From the NCBI GenBank assembly GCA_976551045.1, contig CDPCPM010000060.1, positions 3,658,001 through 3,722,000 of the forward strand: a stretch of 64,000 nucleotides of DNA, written 5' to 3'. The DNA comes from Glaucostegus cemiculus. Taxonomy: Eukaryota. A program made the position numbers and the translations under genes. The notes under the pieces were generated by a model that saw only the letters and a program-made list of their open reading frames with translations, made no database searches and had not been told where the DNA came from. How positions within the stretch are numbered: position 1 is the stretch's first letter; every line of letters begins with the position of its first letter. Shown here one piece after another: positions 39,362-53,674 of the stretch.

Positions 39362-42300
39362 CAGAGAGAAATACCATGTATTGTTGAGTGATAGGCCTAA
39401 ATCAATATGTTAAATAAAGCTAAAGAAGAGTGTTTGACAGGTACAAGTACCAGACCTGTACTGGAGCCAGCAATGCATTTCCTGATGTTAATGCTGTACC
39501 AAGAATCCTGAGCTTGCTCATACAGAACTACTTTATCCCTTTGAGGACAGCAGTAGCATTTATGTTTCATTTCCAAAAATAATATGAGCTTAAGATGTTA
39601 TTAAAAAAAAACTACTACTGTTTTACACTTTGCTTTCACCATGTTCTGTGATATCCCAAGTTAAGGTGGAAACATTTTACGGGGAAAAAACATCAAGGGT
39701 GTGCATCTATGAACAAGTCCTGTGGTGTTCAAACTGATGTTGCACAACAATCTGCTTTTATTAAACATCCTTTCTCTTTCTCCCATGATTTGCTTTTCAC
39801 TTTCAAATTAAAGCCATCCAATTGATAATGTCTGCCTGCTGGCTTAGATGTGGGGCAGGCAGTAAGTAGATTACTGCAATAACATTTAAATAATCTGGAA
39901 AGAAATAATGATCAGGACTTCTTCACTTCAAACATTCATGAGTATTTATACATTTTCAAAGGGTACAGCAACTTTAGGAGAAAGGAATTTGCCAAAGTGC
40001 AACAGCAATTGATCTTTTTGCAAAAAGTTTTTATTCTGTTTGACTATATATCATTGAGCCTTTCATAGCCAATCTTTATTGGTAGACAAACAACTGATGC
40101 TGGAATAATTCATCTCTTTCTTGCCTTTTGCCAGCCTTTTCAGCTGTTAACCCATTTGCCACTTTCCTATGCACTTTTGCCTTTACATTTTCCCATCACT
40201 TCTGTTTCAGATCACTTTTTCTTCTCAGCTAGAATCCATTCGACAAAGTCTTTAGCCCATTCAGTGCCATTGTATCCTCTGTATTACAACCAAGTCTATT
40301 ACTTCATGCAGATGAATTCTCATCATTTTAGGGTTTTCATGGAAAAGAACCCCACCTTTTACTTCCACACCCACCAAATTCAGCTCCCTGTAGAAATAGT
40401 GAATAACCCCTGACCTCCTACAGTCTCTTTTAAACATTCCAATCACATTGTTACTCCCTTAACAATAGTTAATGTAACATGTCAAAAAGTCCACAATTAA
40501 TATGTATCTTTAATTTTTTTTAGCACTGCTCATCCATGTCACCCCCTCACCCTGTCTTCTTTGATGATTGAGTAGCTTTCCAGATAGATTACATAGTGAT
40601 TTTACCATGGTTGTAAAGTATGTGGGATTAGGCCTGGTTAATGATATGGCTAGATCAATGACCTGAGCTTGGATGCACTGTTGAACTGAGTGGCAATGTC
40701 AGACCAATGAACAGCAAGGAAATGACACCGTTGATTAGGATGGAAATTTTGTGTACTTCACACTTGGCGGGGGTCAATCTGCTTGTTTATTTCTGACTGC
40801 CATGTGCTGTAAGTGGTCAAATTAGTGACTCAACTCCCTCTGAATGGACATAACCCTGTCCTTTTAGCACCCCTTGCCAGGATATGAGGCTGAATCAGAG
40901 CTGAATTGCCTCATAGGACTATGCTGGCAGATTAGGGCTGGCCTTGATGCAAGTAGCTGGCCTTTCCTGCATGGCATTGGCTATCACATACATCAATAGC
41001 TGCCTATTCTTGGAGTTAGCTGTAAGCTGTGTGCAACAGCACAGTGTGGTTTCTGACCTACCATTACTCAGCACCAGCAAAGAGGCTGCAGAAGCAGCCT
41101 GACTGGAAAAAGAATTAACAGCAGAGAATGGACAAAGGGGATGATATGTGCATTTTCTGTTTTCTTATAGACATCAGATAAAGGAAACACTGACCCAACT
41201 GATTAGCCTTTGATTTAATATATTGACACACGGGCACGAATAATTCTGTTTAGTGGCTTTTCCCTCAGATGGATCAATTTAATTAGTTATAAAATTTGAC
41301 TTCTTGTCAAGAGCCAGAAGAAATGCTGACTTAAAAAAAAAGTTGCATGCAATTTAAACAACAAAGCTATCGAGACTCAGTTAAAAGTTAATGATGCACA
41401 GAAATTGGCTTAATAGAGACAACTTCAGCAATGAAAGTGATGGTTGGGAAATTAAGCTAAGTGGATGGCTTTGGAATTGTAATGCTGCCTGTACTCTTAA
41501 ACAAATTCATAAATTATTAATGCATTCATTGCAAGGAGAGAGAGAGTAATTCACTGCTCTTTTTTAAAACAAATTTTGCTTTTGTTACGTATAATTAGTG
41601 TATAGAGTGTCACGGGGAATGGCAAAAAAGTGCTTCTGTTTCAATATATCACCCTGTGTCAAATTGGATCATTTTTTTAAGGAAAAGTTCTTGGGTCATG
41701 TTTCTTGTTGTTGGTGTTGAGCAAACTGTTTTGTCTTTGCATTGACTTACGTTGGCCACAGCCTACACAGAAGGAACCACAGAGAAAGGGGTTTATTAAT
41801 ACTTTCTTTCTGCTGTGCATGGCCAGCCAGTAGTCAGACTGAGGCCCGTGTTTTCTTAGGGCTCGGGTGGCAAAGCAAAGCTTTCAGCCCTCAGCAGTCC
41901 AAAAAAGTGCCTTTTTGTTTTCTGCCAGGAGAGTTGGAGTATTCCCCATGGAACACAATGAATGGAGCATTTTGTCGGACACCAATTCGGAGACACTGAA
42001 TTCTTGTTTTTGATAATTATACTTGTCCGTCACTGGGTGTGCACATGACATTTGAGCGTGTTTAAAGTCTTAACACACTCATGTGCCTGCAATAAAGTCA
42101 CTTAAAACAAGGCGGGCTTTCTGCAGACAACAGAGCTGTGTCTGTTGTTTTCTCAGGCTTAAGCAGCTGGGAGGCAATTGTGAGGACAACAGCTTAGTCT
42201 CTGTGAAACATAGGATGAGGAGGAAAACAGACCCGGTCTTTTCCTCATCAGTTAAAACAATGAAAATTCTGTAATGTTACTGTTGACATGTGCAGAAAGA

Positions 42301-42840
42301 AATTGATGGCAGTGGGGGTTTAGAGACAGGCAGCTAAAAATGAGAAAAAATGAGCATCCCATATTCAATTCCTACTGCCTTAAATGGTATGATACCCCTT
42401 TTTTGTTCTATTACTATTTGGCAAATTCAGTCTTCAATAAAACTATTTTTCTGTTTCATGTGGATTTAATACCTCTTTGCATTCAAGCTGATTTTGAGCA
42501 AGGTAGTCAGTAAATCAATAGCCTAATATGATTTAAATATAATTTATGGAAAACTGATTGTGATGAAATATTGGGGGAAGGGGTAATTTTACTATCATTT
42601 TAGATGGATCACACATGATTCAGTGATGGCACTCTCTCAGTTAGAAGGATGTAGACTTGAGTGTAAAATCTAAACTCATTCCATCAAATGTCCACTGTGA
42701 AAGTCTTCATCATCCACTGCATTTTCTGAAGTAGGCTTTCTGCCTGAATGGAACACTGAATAAAACTACTTATAATTTAGCATTAAAGTCTAAAAGTTCA
42801 TGTGAACTCTTTTTTAAACTTGAAATCTGGCCTCAGGTTT

Positions 42841-43517
42841 TCATCCCTCCGTCATGAAAACCTTCTATAGGGGGACCATTGAGAGCATCCTAACTCAATG
42901 TATCACTGTTTGGTTTGGAAGCTGCTCAGCTGCTGGGCGGAAGTCCCTCCAGAAGATAGTTAGGGCTGCGGAGTGGATCATAGGTGTCTCGCTTCCATCC
43001 CTCGCAGACATATACAAAGACCGTTGTGTGAGGAAGACCAAAAGCATAATGGCCGACCCTTCTCACCCCTCCCACCACCTCTTCACAATTTTGCCATCAG
43101 GGAGGAGGCTTAAATGTATCAGGGCAAGAATGACCAGGCTGAACAATAGCTTCTTTCCGCAAGCCATCAGAACTGCAAACTCTCTCATCCCTCCATCTTC
43201 CTTTGTTAACACTAAGAGATGCTAGGTGCACAGAAATGCACCAGCACTTTAAATGCCCGACTCTAGCCCGTTAACTTTAAGAACTATTTATTTATTTACT
43301 GGCCATTTTTAATTTAATCTGCGTAATAATTTAATTTTAACCTCCATAGCTTCTAATGTTTAATGTTTTGTAATGTTTATTCTGTCAAGTGTGTATGTGT
43401 GTCACTGTTGGTTGTTATGTTATTTAATGGGACGAGCACCTGAGGAGGACGGTATCTCGCTCCTATGCATACTATGTATGTATATGGTTGTGACAATAAA
43501 ACTGATTCTGATTCTGA
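42841..43517 (+). mobile_element. 5'-truncated Rex1/Babar LINE (C-terminal ORF, 3' UTR and tail)
   Basis: ORF 42854-43225 FYRGTIESILTQCITVWFGSC...DPSHPSHHLFTILPSGRR...NSFFPQAIR. Ends gtgacaataaaactgattctgattctga. Confidence 0.92.
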
Positions 43518-43704
43518 GGATGTTGGATGTGTTTGGACATCCTTGGGGTACAGTGTAGAAGAGGTAACAATGGTGTCTAGCTTCTTCCCCAAGCTGGCAA
43601 TTTCACATAAGAGGTAACAGCATGGCATGGTTTATGAAATGGAGAATTGCAGTGCTGGTAGAGCAGAGATATTCTCAAATTTATTTATTCGGCTCAATCA
43701 ATTT

Positions 43705-43918
43705 ATTCGGCCCAACGAGTCCATGCCGCCCACTTTAAACCTCCAAATTAACCTACCTGTACGTCTTTTAGAACGTGGGAGGAAACTGGAGCACCCGGAG
43801 GAAACCCACGCAGACACGGGAGAACGTACAAACTCCTTACAGTCAGTGACGGGAATCGAACCCCAATCACTGGCACTGTAACAGCGTCGCGCTAACCGCT
43901 ACGCTATCATGCTGCCCC
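43705..43918 (-). mobile_element. V-SINE with the same head and V domain but a CR1/HER1-type tail (HE1-like)
   Basis: ggagcacccggaggaaacccacgcagacacggg V domain. The 3' part reads ggcatggactcgttgggccgaa on the - strand. Confidence 0.85.
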
Positions 43919-44524
43919 AAAAAAATGAGCAGGGCAGAGCGTGGACACAGTCCCCACTGCCACAAACTCCACAGTCGAGTATCCTGCGAGTATGCTGCAC
44001 TTGGGGGCATCGCAGGCCTCAGCCCACCCGCAGTACAATGGGAGAGCCTCATACCTGGAACCTCGTGATTTATTTTTGTTTGGATCGCTGCCAGGTAAGC
44101 GATCTCTTCTGAGAAATGGCTGGAGGTGATGGAGTTGCGCTCAGCACCTAGTTACACATTTCACTTGAGACTGCTTGACGTTGGCACCCGGATATAGTAC
44201 TAGAAATAGATAGCATTCCAGTCTCAAGTATTGACAGCCCTCACAGGTAATTTACAGAAGTAACTAATTTTAATATCTAACAAATTTCAGCTGGGCTTTT
44301 CTAATTTGTCCTCATTTGTTACCTGCCTTTGTTAATTTTGGGTTTGATACCAACTCTTTTGTGATCTTACCAGAAATGTATCATTGAGGTTTCTTTTGCA
44401 AATGAAAAGATGCTAGATTAAAAAGCAAACCTTTGCAATTGCATCCCCACATAATTTCATTTTATTGTTTTTTTAATTACATTATTAAGTGGTTTTAAAC
44501 CGTTGGCTTCGATTTTGCTTAAAA

Positions 44525-44880
44525 ATTCTCAACCTTGTTTTGAAAGTCCGCCAAGACTCTGCCCCTCCCAGTAGAATTTCTTTCAACCCTTTTACCCCTC
44601 AAAGTACCTGTACCGTGTTACTTGAGGCCTCTGAGCATCTATGAATTTAAGAACTCTGCTCTTGGTGTAATAAAGGCCCTAAAGCTCTGGAGCTCCCTCC
44701 CGAAACACCTCCATCTGTCTGCCTCGCTTTGCTTCCTTAAGTTGTCTATTTCTTTGTCCAAGCCTCTGAACTTCTGTCCTAATATTTTGGCTAGGCTTCC
44801 ATTCCTTCTTGTTTGATACAGCTCCTGAGCTGTGACTAGGGATGAGTATGCTATCTTAAAGGCAATAGGCTAGAAATTGC
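44525..44880 (+). mobile_element. L2-like LINE 3' remnant
   Basis: ggccctaaagctctggagctccctcccgaaacacctcc (LWSSLP motif) followed by an L2-type 3' UTR. Confidence 0.55.
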
Positions 44881-47164
44881 TTTACTGCCTCTTAATGGTT
44901 TTAAAACAACTTTGTGAAAGTTGCATACGGATAGATCTTCAACTGCAAATTTCCCTGGGTAATGCCATGCTGAAACTGCCATTGTTGGTTTTAGCTGGCA
45001 CCGGCTGCTGATATGTTGCAAATTCTCACAGCTGCTGGTTCTTAGGCACATAGTTGTGATCTCTGCAGCCAGGAACATATCTCACAGCAAGCACTAGTCT
45101 TACCGCTACAAGGAAGTATCATTACCTTATGAATGCATACCGCAATTCTTGTGGGTGTGGTGTGTTGGAAAGCGCTCCTAGGAGGTGGAAGATAGCAGAG
45201 GGTGGATGGGATGGGCAATGCCAGAGTGATCCAAACAGGCTGGTGAAGAACAGTGCCCACATGTTCTGTGTGCAAAGGGTGCCATTTAGACCCAGCAAGC
45301 TAAAACCTGATCCTCCTGACAGTCAGTTGCCAGAGAGATCTCTGTAAAGGTATGAATGCAATGTCTGAACACCTTCAATTTGGGAAATGTCCCTACGCAC
45401 TCTGCATGCTCCAATGGGCTGCAAGAAAGTAGATGAAGTCTCATCTCCTTGAGTAGGAGGTTTGGGTGACCTTATTACACCGTGACCAGCTCTGAGATGT
45501 AGCAGATATCAGCAGCAGCATCCCAAAATGACCCTGAGGCTAGGAAACAGAGAATGACCATGATCCTGACTTCCAGGGCCCAAGCAGTCCATGCACTGAT
45601 GTGAGGCGGTATTTACAATCATAGGAGGTCAGAGATTTCAGTGAAGACATAAAGTTGATGCTATTGATGGCATTTCTAGGATGCTTTGAGAAATGAGTCT
45701 TCTCCAGCAATGAAATGCATTGAAGGTATCATCGAGACATTCTTCTGGATAGTACAGCCTTTAATTCTTTGAGACTTGATTCATTTGTGCTCCACAGCAG
45801 TTGCATTGCCAATCACTCTGCATTCAAGGATCACTTGAAGTAGTTAATCAACATTTTTAAATCATATCTAAAAATAATTTTAGGGAATACTAAACTTTAA
45901 TCACTTCAGAAAATGCACTCAATTACTTTAAGTATTTTTCTCCAATTTAATCTCAATGATTCACCCTCCCATTATCCATGGTCATGAATATCAGCCATAT
46001 TCATTTTAAAAGGACAAAACTCAGATTAAAGTGAACAGACATTCTGAAAATTGATCTGAAAGCATTATCTTTCAGTTTCCTTTGTCCTGCTGAGGTGGGG
46101 TCTATTATTCAATGGAGGTGGAGACAAGAGCAGGGTAAGTGGTGGACTTGTCCAATTGTGGCAGATAGTTATGACATATATCTACATTTTCTTTCTCATT
46201 TACAGTTATTAGATTCTATTTTACATTGCACAACATTTTTAATTATATTTTATTAAAGCAAAAGGATCATTTAACATTTTCCCTGGCTGGTTGAGCTTTT
46301 TAATGAGAATAGTCTCAGTAAAATTATATCTGTTTGTTAATGACGAAAAGTCTTGAAATCAATGCTAATTTTCCCCCTGTGCACTCATTTTATGTTGGCA
46401 CTGATAAGGAATCCTTCTGTGTACATCAAATATCTAAGAATATGGTTAATTATTTGAATGTTGTAGTTTTGAAAGAACGAAAAGAACAGGGATTGCCAAA
46501 TATTGATTGTATTAGTGACATTGCTTCTCATATTTTATTACTGGCTTGCTATTTATGTCATACTAGGTTATTCCCCAATTTCTCTTGCAATGTTTGTAAA
46601 AGTTACTAAAAAAATGTTCTGGATTACTGGGGATGAATGGATGGATTTGTAAACTCTGCAGTAGCTGCTCGAGCAGGTTATGGGTGCTATTTGAGCTGCC
46701 AGCTTGAATTACAGCCTCATTCTCACTCCCCTCCATTAACACATTTTTAAAATACCTAAAATCATCACAATTGAATGAAAACATTGGTAATAACACTTAA
46801 AAGTATCACTGAGGTAGGACTGATTGAAGCCTGTGAGGCATATGCAATATCAGGACCATAGAATAATGTGTGACTCACTGAGGCATTTTTGGTGAATTAT
46901 TGTTTCTGTTCTAAAGGAGAATTATGAAGGTATCAATGCCTCTGTTAAATTTCATGTTTTATGTATTGTGTAGAGAACTTTGTTAACAAATTTGGAGATT
47001 TTTTAGCTTTGGCTCAAAGTTGCTAGCCCCTTTAGTTTATTACTAACATTTGGAAATGATTTAATTTTGGAAAGCTAGTAAGGAAAATTATAGCTGTATG
47101 TAAGCTTCAGGTGTTTGATAACAAAAGTCAATGATAATGGCAATGTTTTCAAACCTCCATATTA

Positions 47165-47530
47165 CATAGAAGGAAACCATTCGGCCCATCAAGTCTGTGT
47201 CGGCGCTCAGAACCCTCCTATTCCCCCACTCATTTCCCTTTAATCCATTTTCTCAATCAGGCCTATTAACACCCTCTGATTTTCCCACCAGTACCTACAC
47301 CAAGGGTGTAGCTGATCTCTGCTATACTCCCCCCCTGCCACCAATACTAGGGGTATCTTACAGTAGCCAAATAATGTAACAATGACACATCTTTGGAATG
47401 CGAGAGGAAACTAAAGCACCAGGGAAACCCATAGGGAGGAAGAGCAAACTCCATACAGAGGGTACTAGAGGTCACAATCGAACTCTGGAGCTGTGAGAAG
47501 TTACACTCCCTGCAGTGCCACTGTGTTGCT
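47165..47530 (-). mobile_element. Older HE1-like V-SINE with CR1-type tail
   Basis: catagaaggaaaccattcggcccatcaagtc tail and tctttggaatgcgagaggaaactaaagcaccagggaaaccca V domain. Confidence 0.75.
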
Positions 47531-50500
47531 CATGTGCAGAATCTGGAGTAGGGAAAATACAACCAGTGTTTCAGGTTCTGAAGAATGGTGCACTGTTGAA
47601 ACTTGAATTGTCTGTTGTTTATCTTTACACATATTGATTGGCCAATTGGGTGTTTCTGTTTTATTTTGAGATTTTTGCTCAATTAATCCTGTCACATTTG
47701 TTCTGCATCACATTGAAAATGACAGATCCTAAAATTTCTGTCTTAAAAATGTTTGATGTACCTTTCTGGTCTGTAAATGGGGAGGAGGGGGTGTTGTAAT
47801 TAGTTGGCTTTGGATATCAGAGGGAAAATGTCCTGGTTTAAACCATTGTGGTTGATATTGTGTGGATGATGACTAAAGCAGGAAAGAATTAGAAGCTAAC
47901 TATACTTCAGTCATTTCTATCCTACCCCCTTCAAAACCCCACAGACCCTTTACAAAGCTGGAGTACTATGACCTATCTCAGTTCCACATTTGGAGAGAAG
48001 CTTGTGCTGTGTGGCAGAAATAATACAATAAATGGGTTTAACCACAATTGTCTCAGATAGACAGTCTCTTTGTCAAAGATTGCTGGTACAACATAAACAA
48101 ATTATGTGTTTGTGGGACTTTTCAAGTAAACCCATCTAACAGAGTATAGATTGTGTTTCAGCAGCTGTTGATTTAATCTCGTACCTGTCAGTTAAACAGG
48201 CATTTCCTCCAGCAGATAAGCCTTCATTACAGAAAGGGGGGAGGGTGAGTGGGAAGAATTATGGCTGGACAAAAGCCTTTGTTACTGGCTCATAATTTCT
48301 ATGCAGATTTGCCTCCTTTTTTCCATCTAGGCACTTAAGCTTTTGGGCATTTTTGTTTAGTACATTTTTTTAAAAAAGATTTTGTTTTCTTTTTAAGGAA
48401 AGTGAACCTGGTCTTTATTGCGGTGCAGTTGAGCAGAAAGCAGGATTGAGCCAAGTATTTCTTCTTTGAATCTGGATGATCGTCATCTGGAAGCAAAGTG
48501 AATAACAAGGAGTTTGGGAACAATGCTATAGTTCACTAGTGGCCAGCAATTTTATCTGCAGAATTTGTTGCTTTAGCTTAGGTAGCATAGAAAGTGATTT
48601 TTTAAAAACCTTTTCTCCTATCCCACTATCCTGAAGGTCTAAGAGATAGTCTCACTGATCCTGCATGTTCAGTGGCAGCTTTCCCAAATGGCCATTCCAC
48701 ATGTGCAGTTCAAGCAGAGAATGTTGGCAGAACACTCCACTGTGACCACAATACCATTGAGCAGCCACCCCATTACCACTAGCATACCATGGGTGTGCAG
48801 TGTTGCAACTCAGCAGAGCTTCATTGCAGTAGTCTGCGACCTCTGCCACCTTCAATATAAAACACCTTATTACCCCACAACTTGATGCCTCAGCTAAGAG
48901 GTTCAAGTAAATACAAGCAACAAACAAACCTAACTGTCTCATGTAGTTCCTTACTATCCACTAATAGCTTCATTCTTGTTTGCTGAGATTGTGGAGCATT
49001 TATATAATGAGGGAAAGGTCAATGTTCAAATGTCAAAAGAGATTTCCTGTTTATAAAGTTTGCAACCTGATACACTTGTATCATATTTTCTTATAGTTCT
49101 GTTATGAATCACCATATATTGCTTCTCATACTTGTAATGTTACTCTCCTGGCAGCTGTGACATCACTTTCTTTATAACTTTATAACAACTGCAATTGCAA
49201 TTACAATATTAATGACCATTAAACATTCAATTTATGTACTGGCAATAAAATAGTCCAACCAATAGATTGGACAATTTTAAAATGCAGTTCTCTTCTAAAT
49301 ACTACTAAAAATTCAAATCCTACAATTTAAATGTAAATGTTAACCTTGCTTTTATTCTACAATCCCCTATAAATAAACAGACCAATGGAATTGGTAACTC
49401 ATTGCCTATAAGTGGCCTGATCATCCTCCATGTATTTTGCCCACATGCCTCCCTCCCCAAAACCCTCTATCAGAAAATTTATACCTGGCTGATATAGTAT
49501 GCAACTTTAATCTATTTAGCATCTGTTAAGTAGAAAAAAATATATACTGTACAAAAATAAAGAAAATAAATAGGAACCTAGCCAGAAAAAGGAGACATTA
49601 ATAAGAGTGAGCAAAGGCTTGTTCAAAGAGGTGGGGAGTTTGGAATTCCATACTGTGGGCTCAGCCACGTAGGCTGTGTAGTGATTTCTGGAGAAATTGC
49701 CACACAGAGGATCAAAGAACAAAGCAACATTTTAAAGAACAGAACATCACCCTAGGTGTCATGTTGTCAATAATAGTAAGTCTCCTTTGGATAATATCTT
49801 TACTGTGTCTTTAATGAAGATCTTACTTCTTGCCTCATTATGAAAGCTGACATCTGATGGAAGTTCTACATAATGAATGTCATACAAAGGCATCAAAAAT
49901 TGACCAGAATGATCCCTTTAATGCTTTTTATTTATTAGAAGGATCATTTCAGTATCCTTGAAATAGTCTCCACATATGACGTTTTAAAGTTCAAATTTCT
50001 TCTGGTTGGTAAACTTGAGTGTACACCCACTATAATTATATCTGTAATACTATCATGTTCATAGCATTTTATTCTATTTTATTCAAAGCACGTACAAAAT
50101 AGAAGTTTAGAATTAGTTATTGTTTTTCTCTCACTACAATTAGAGCGAAGGGATTTCCACCCACAGCCCCACTTCCTCCCACAGGATAAGTTCCCTATCT
50201 CAGCAGCATTGCCATGAGAAAGTGTTTTTTGTGAGCAGTGGGTAACACAGGATGAATGAAATTACTACATAATACTTCTCTGTGCATTAGCTGATTGGGT
50301 TACATGTTTTATTTTAGTGTTTCCCACCACCCCAGACCATCTTCCTGCTCCATATCTTTTGAGTTACTTTGAGACAAGTATTGCCACAGGAGTGTTTCTA
50401 TTGTTTTCTTCAACACATTACATGCTACTCTTTTGTTCCATGGGAAGATACTAAATATCCCCAGGGAGGAAAGGAAAAGTAGATGAAGATTTCCCATCCC

Positions 50501-53194
50501 TCATCTTCTGGTAAGTAGTTTAGAATGACAATGCACAGGCTTGATAATAGCCTGTTTTCTCAGTCAGATGCATGGACACTTGAAGGTAACTCAAAAAAGG
50601 AAGTTTCTTTGGAGTTCTTAGAGTCATTCAGCACAGAAACAGGCCTTTTTGCCCTCCACTTTCTTTTAAAAAACATTGTACAGATGTCTTGACAAAAGAA
50701 GCCTTTCTTGAATTCAGACTGAAAGTATAGACGTGCTTTTCTTCATTTGCTTTTTAAATAGTTTTGGTATTCTGTAAGGTTCCCTATGGCATTTGTGCAC
50801 CAGTGTATGATGACAATACAAATAGTTTAAATATTTCTGGCACAGAATCCAACAAATAGAAACCATGTCCGTCCTAATACAGAGCTGAATAGTCATGTTC
50901 ACGGGCAGTTTCAAATCAAATAAACTGTGAAAATATTTATACTAACAATTTGCATTAGAAAGAAATGCATGATATATACTGTTTATAAATTAAAAAGAAG
51001 TATTTCCAAATATGTTTCTGTGCAGAGAATGAAAAGCATCACTCTTTTTTGTTCATTTGTTGTTTCTTTTTCTTGTTCCCTCTGAGATGACCATAATGTG
51101 ATCTATTTCCAGGTTTAACTGTGATGCTTTCATCATGACACCCTAGCATTACATGTGCTAATTCTATTCAACATTGTAGTAAACTCCCACTAAGTGCAGA
51201 TTCTATCCCTGCTCCTTTCAACATGTTTTTGGTTGAATGGTATGTCTCCCAAACCTTTCTTTTAACTGACCCCTTTGAGGTTCAGAGGAGCAGACTGGAC
51301 CTCCCTCTGCTTGGAGGAAGCTGACACATGCTGTGATGCAAGGCAGGAAGCTGAGTCCTAGCATTTATTGGAGCGTCCCATCAAAATGCTCTTGACCATG
51401 CCAGCCCACAATCATATGTAGCTTTGACAAAACTAATACAAAAAATGGTTGCATAGGATATTTAGCCTTCCAAAGCACTGCTGAGGTTTAAAGGCAGGCG
51501 ACACAAATACACAGTGGGCCTGCCGTGGTGGTGGGATTTCTATTCTTGCACTCCTATAAATAGTAATGAACTGCATATCCTATTATTACTCTTTGGTGTT
51601 AAACATGTTTCTGCAATATGCTGTCAACGATTTACTTAATGTTGGCTTTGCTTTGCAGAACCTCATCTGGACTGAATTATAAACAAAAAGAAGAGAGAGG
51701 AATAAAAAGCCCACATCTTTCAGCTTTTTCTCATTAACCATAATGGGTTGGTGACCACTGACAGTGGCAATTTGCATAATAGTCAACTCTTCACTTTTGT
51801 AGTGATGAGTGTTTGTTTCTGATTAAATTTAGGCTCACTTAGTTCTTCAGTCTTTTTTTCAGAAGTTGCAGATACAGAGCTTTCGCCCCTGGTTTCAGCC
51901 AAAGAAACACACACTCGGGGATAACAATGTGCTGAGAATATGCATATTTTTCCACTGATATCTCTGTAAAACACCTACAAATAGATCCTTCAGGAGTAAT
52001 AAATACACAGCAATTTTCCTCGCTTGCACTTTATGTGGTTTTAACAAACTATTGCTTCTTAACAATAATATTTAATTGACAAGACTGTGATGGATTCAGC
52101 TATGGTAATATTAAGTATTAATGCAGGTCTTTGCAATTTAATATTCTTGTATCAGTGTTGACTTTTTAAAGTAATGATGCTGAGACACAACCTAGAGAAA
52201 GCTCTAAATCTTGCAGAATTTTTTTCTGTGCCATCCTAACGGTTCAGAGAACAAACACATCTGATCCATCTCAGAATTACATAAAATTAAGGAAGGCCCT
52301 CTTGCAGTCAGCATCTCTGCTTGGAGGTTTCGTGGTATGAACTTCTACCACCAAACACACAAGCTAATCAAACAGTGTTTTACATCATCCTTAAATGAAA
52401 ATATTCAAAGAAAATCTTTAAAAAAAAGAACTTCTCTTGTAATACCTCTAAGGTGTTTTGCTTGGGTGAAGGATAATTGTCCAAGAGGTGAATATTTAGT
52501 TCTTGGAGATGTTATAATGAGGGAAAGTCCTGAAAGACTAGCAACCATCTCCCTTCTTCCTTAGTTAACAGATTTCACCCAGAGAAACATCGAAAACTGC
52601 CACATTTATTTAAAACTCCATTGGCCAAGGAACATAAATAATTTCTCACCCCTGATCTTTTCTACCTTTTCATTCATTTATCAGGTCTGGGCATTTCTGG
52701 CAAGGCCAGCATTTATTGCCCATCCTCATTTCCTGATTCCGGATTGACAGTGTAAATGTTGGGTGAGGACAGGATCAGGTTTGGATCGGTGCCCCATCTT
52801 GCCCACCTGGATAATCTGATCTTCAAGGTTGTTACTTAGGCCCATAACTAAGAACGTGGCCACTTCCCATGGGATTACAACCAGCCAGAATCAGTGAAGT
52901 CAGGGAAAAAGGTGAGAAAATCAGTTTTTAAAATAGAAGTTCCAGCTGCCCCATTTGATCACTGGGGCTTTCACGTGGAGCAATTTTTTTGAAGCTGACA
53001 GTTTCTCTCATTCAATTTATAGCTGGTGCACTTTACCTGAAGTTGACATTAATTTTGAAAATTTGCAGCTAAAATCTTTTTGTTATGATAAAAAAATCAG
53101 CAACATAATGACTATATATCTGTTTCATCTATGTTAACTGAGCAATAGCTATTGGCAAGGATACTGTGGAGTGTTCCTCTGACTGTTCTCTAAC

Positions 53195-53436
53195 ATGAGA
53201 CAACAAACAATGTTCTGGAGAAACTCAGTGGGATGAGCAGCTTCTGCAGGGATTATTGATGTTTCAGGTCAAAACCCTGCATTAGAACTGAGAGTGGAGA
53301 GGGAAGATAGCCAGTATAAAGAGAGAGTAGTGAGAAATGGGCTGGTAAGTGATTGGTGGACCAAAGAGGAGTGAAGGATGTTGGGCAGATGGAACAGATT
53401 GTTTGTTGCTCCAGATTCCAGCGTCTGCAGTCTCCA
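53195..53436. mobile_element. Penelope-like terminal repeat with inverted terminus
   Basis: caacaaacaat at left and attgtttgttgctccagattccagcgtctgcag at right. A hammerhead-like remnant lies on the - strand at 53255-53290. Confidence 0.7.
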
Positions 53437-53674
53437 TGAAGCCGTAGGAACCTTATGTCTATCAAAGGAGCAGGCAGAGCCATGATTTAACATCTCAGCC
53501 AAAAAGGTGATGCCCTGATTGTGCATTACTCCCTTAGTGTCAATTCAGATCAATAGGTTTTATTATTTCCAGCACTCGACTACTCCTGGTATATTGTTTG
53601 AATGCCATGCTATTGTCAGGTTGCCTGTGTGCAAAGAACAACTTGGGCATCATAATCCAATAAAGAAAGACAAG

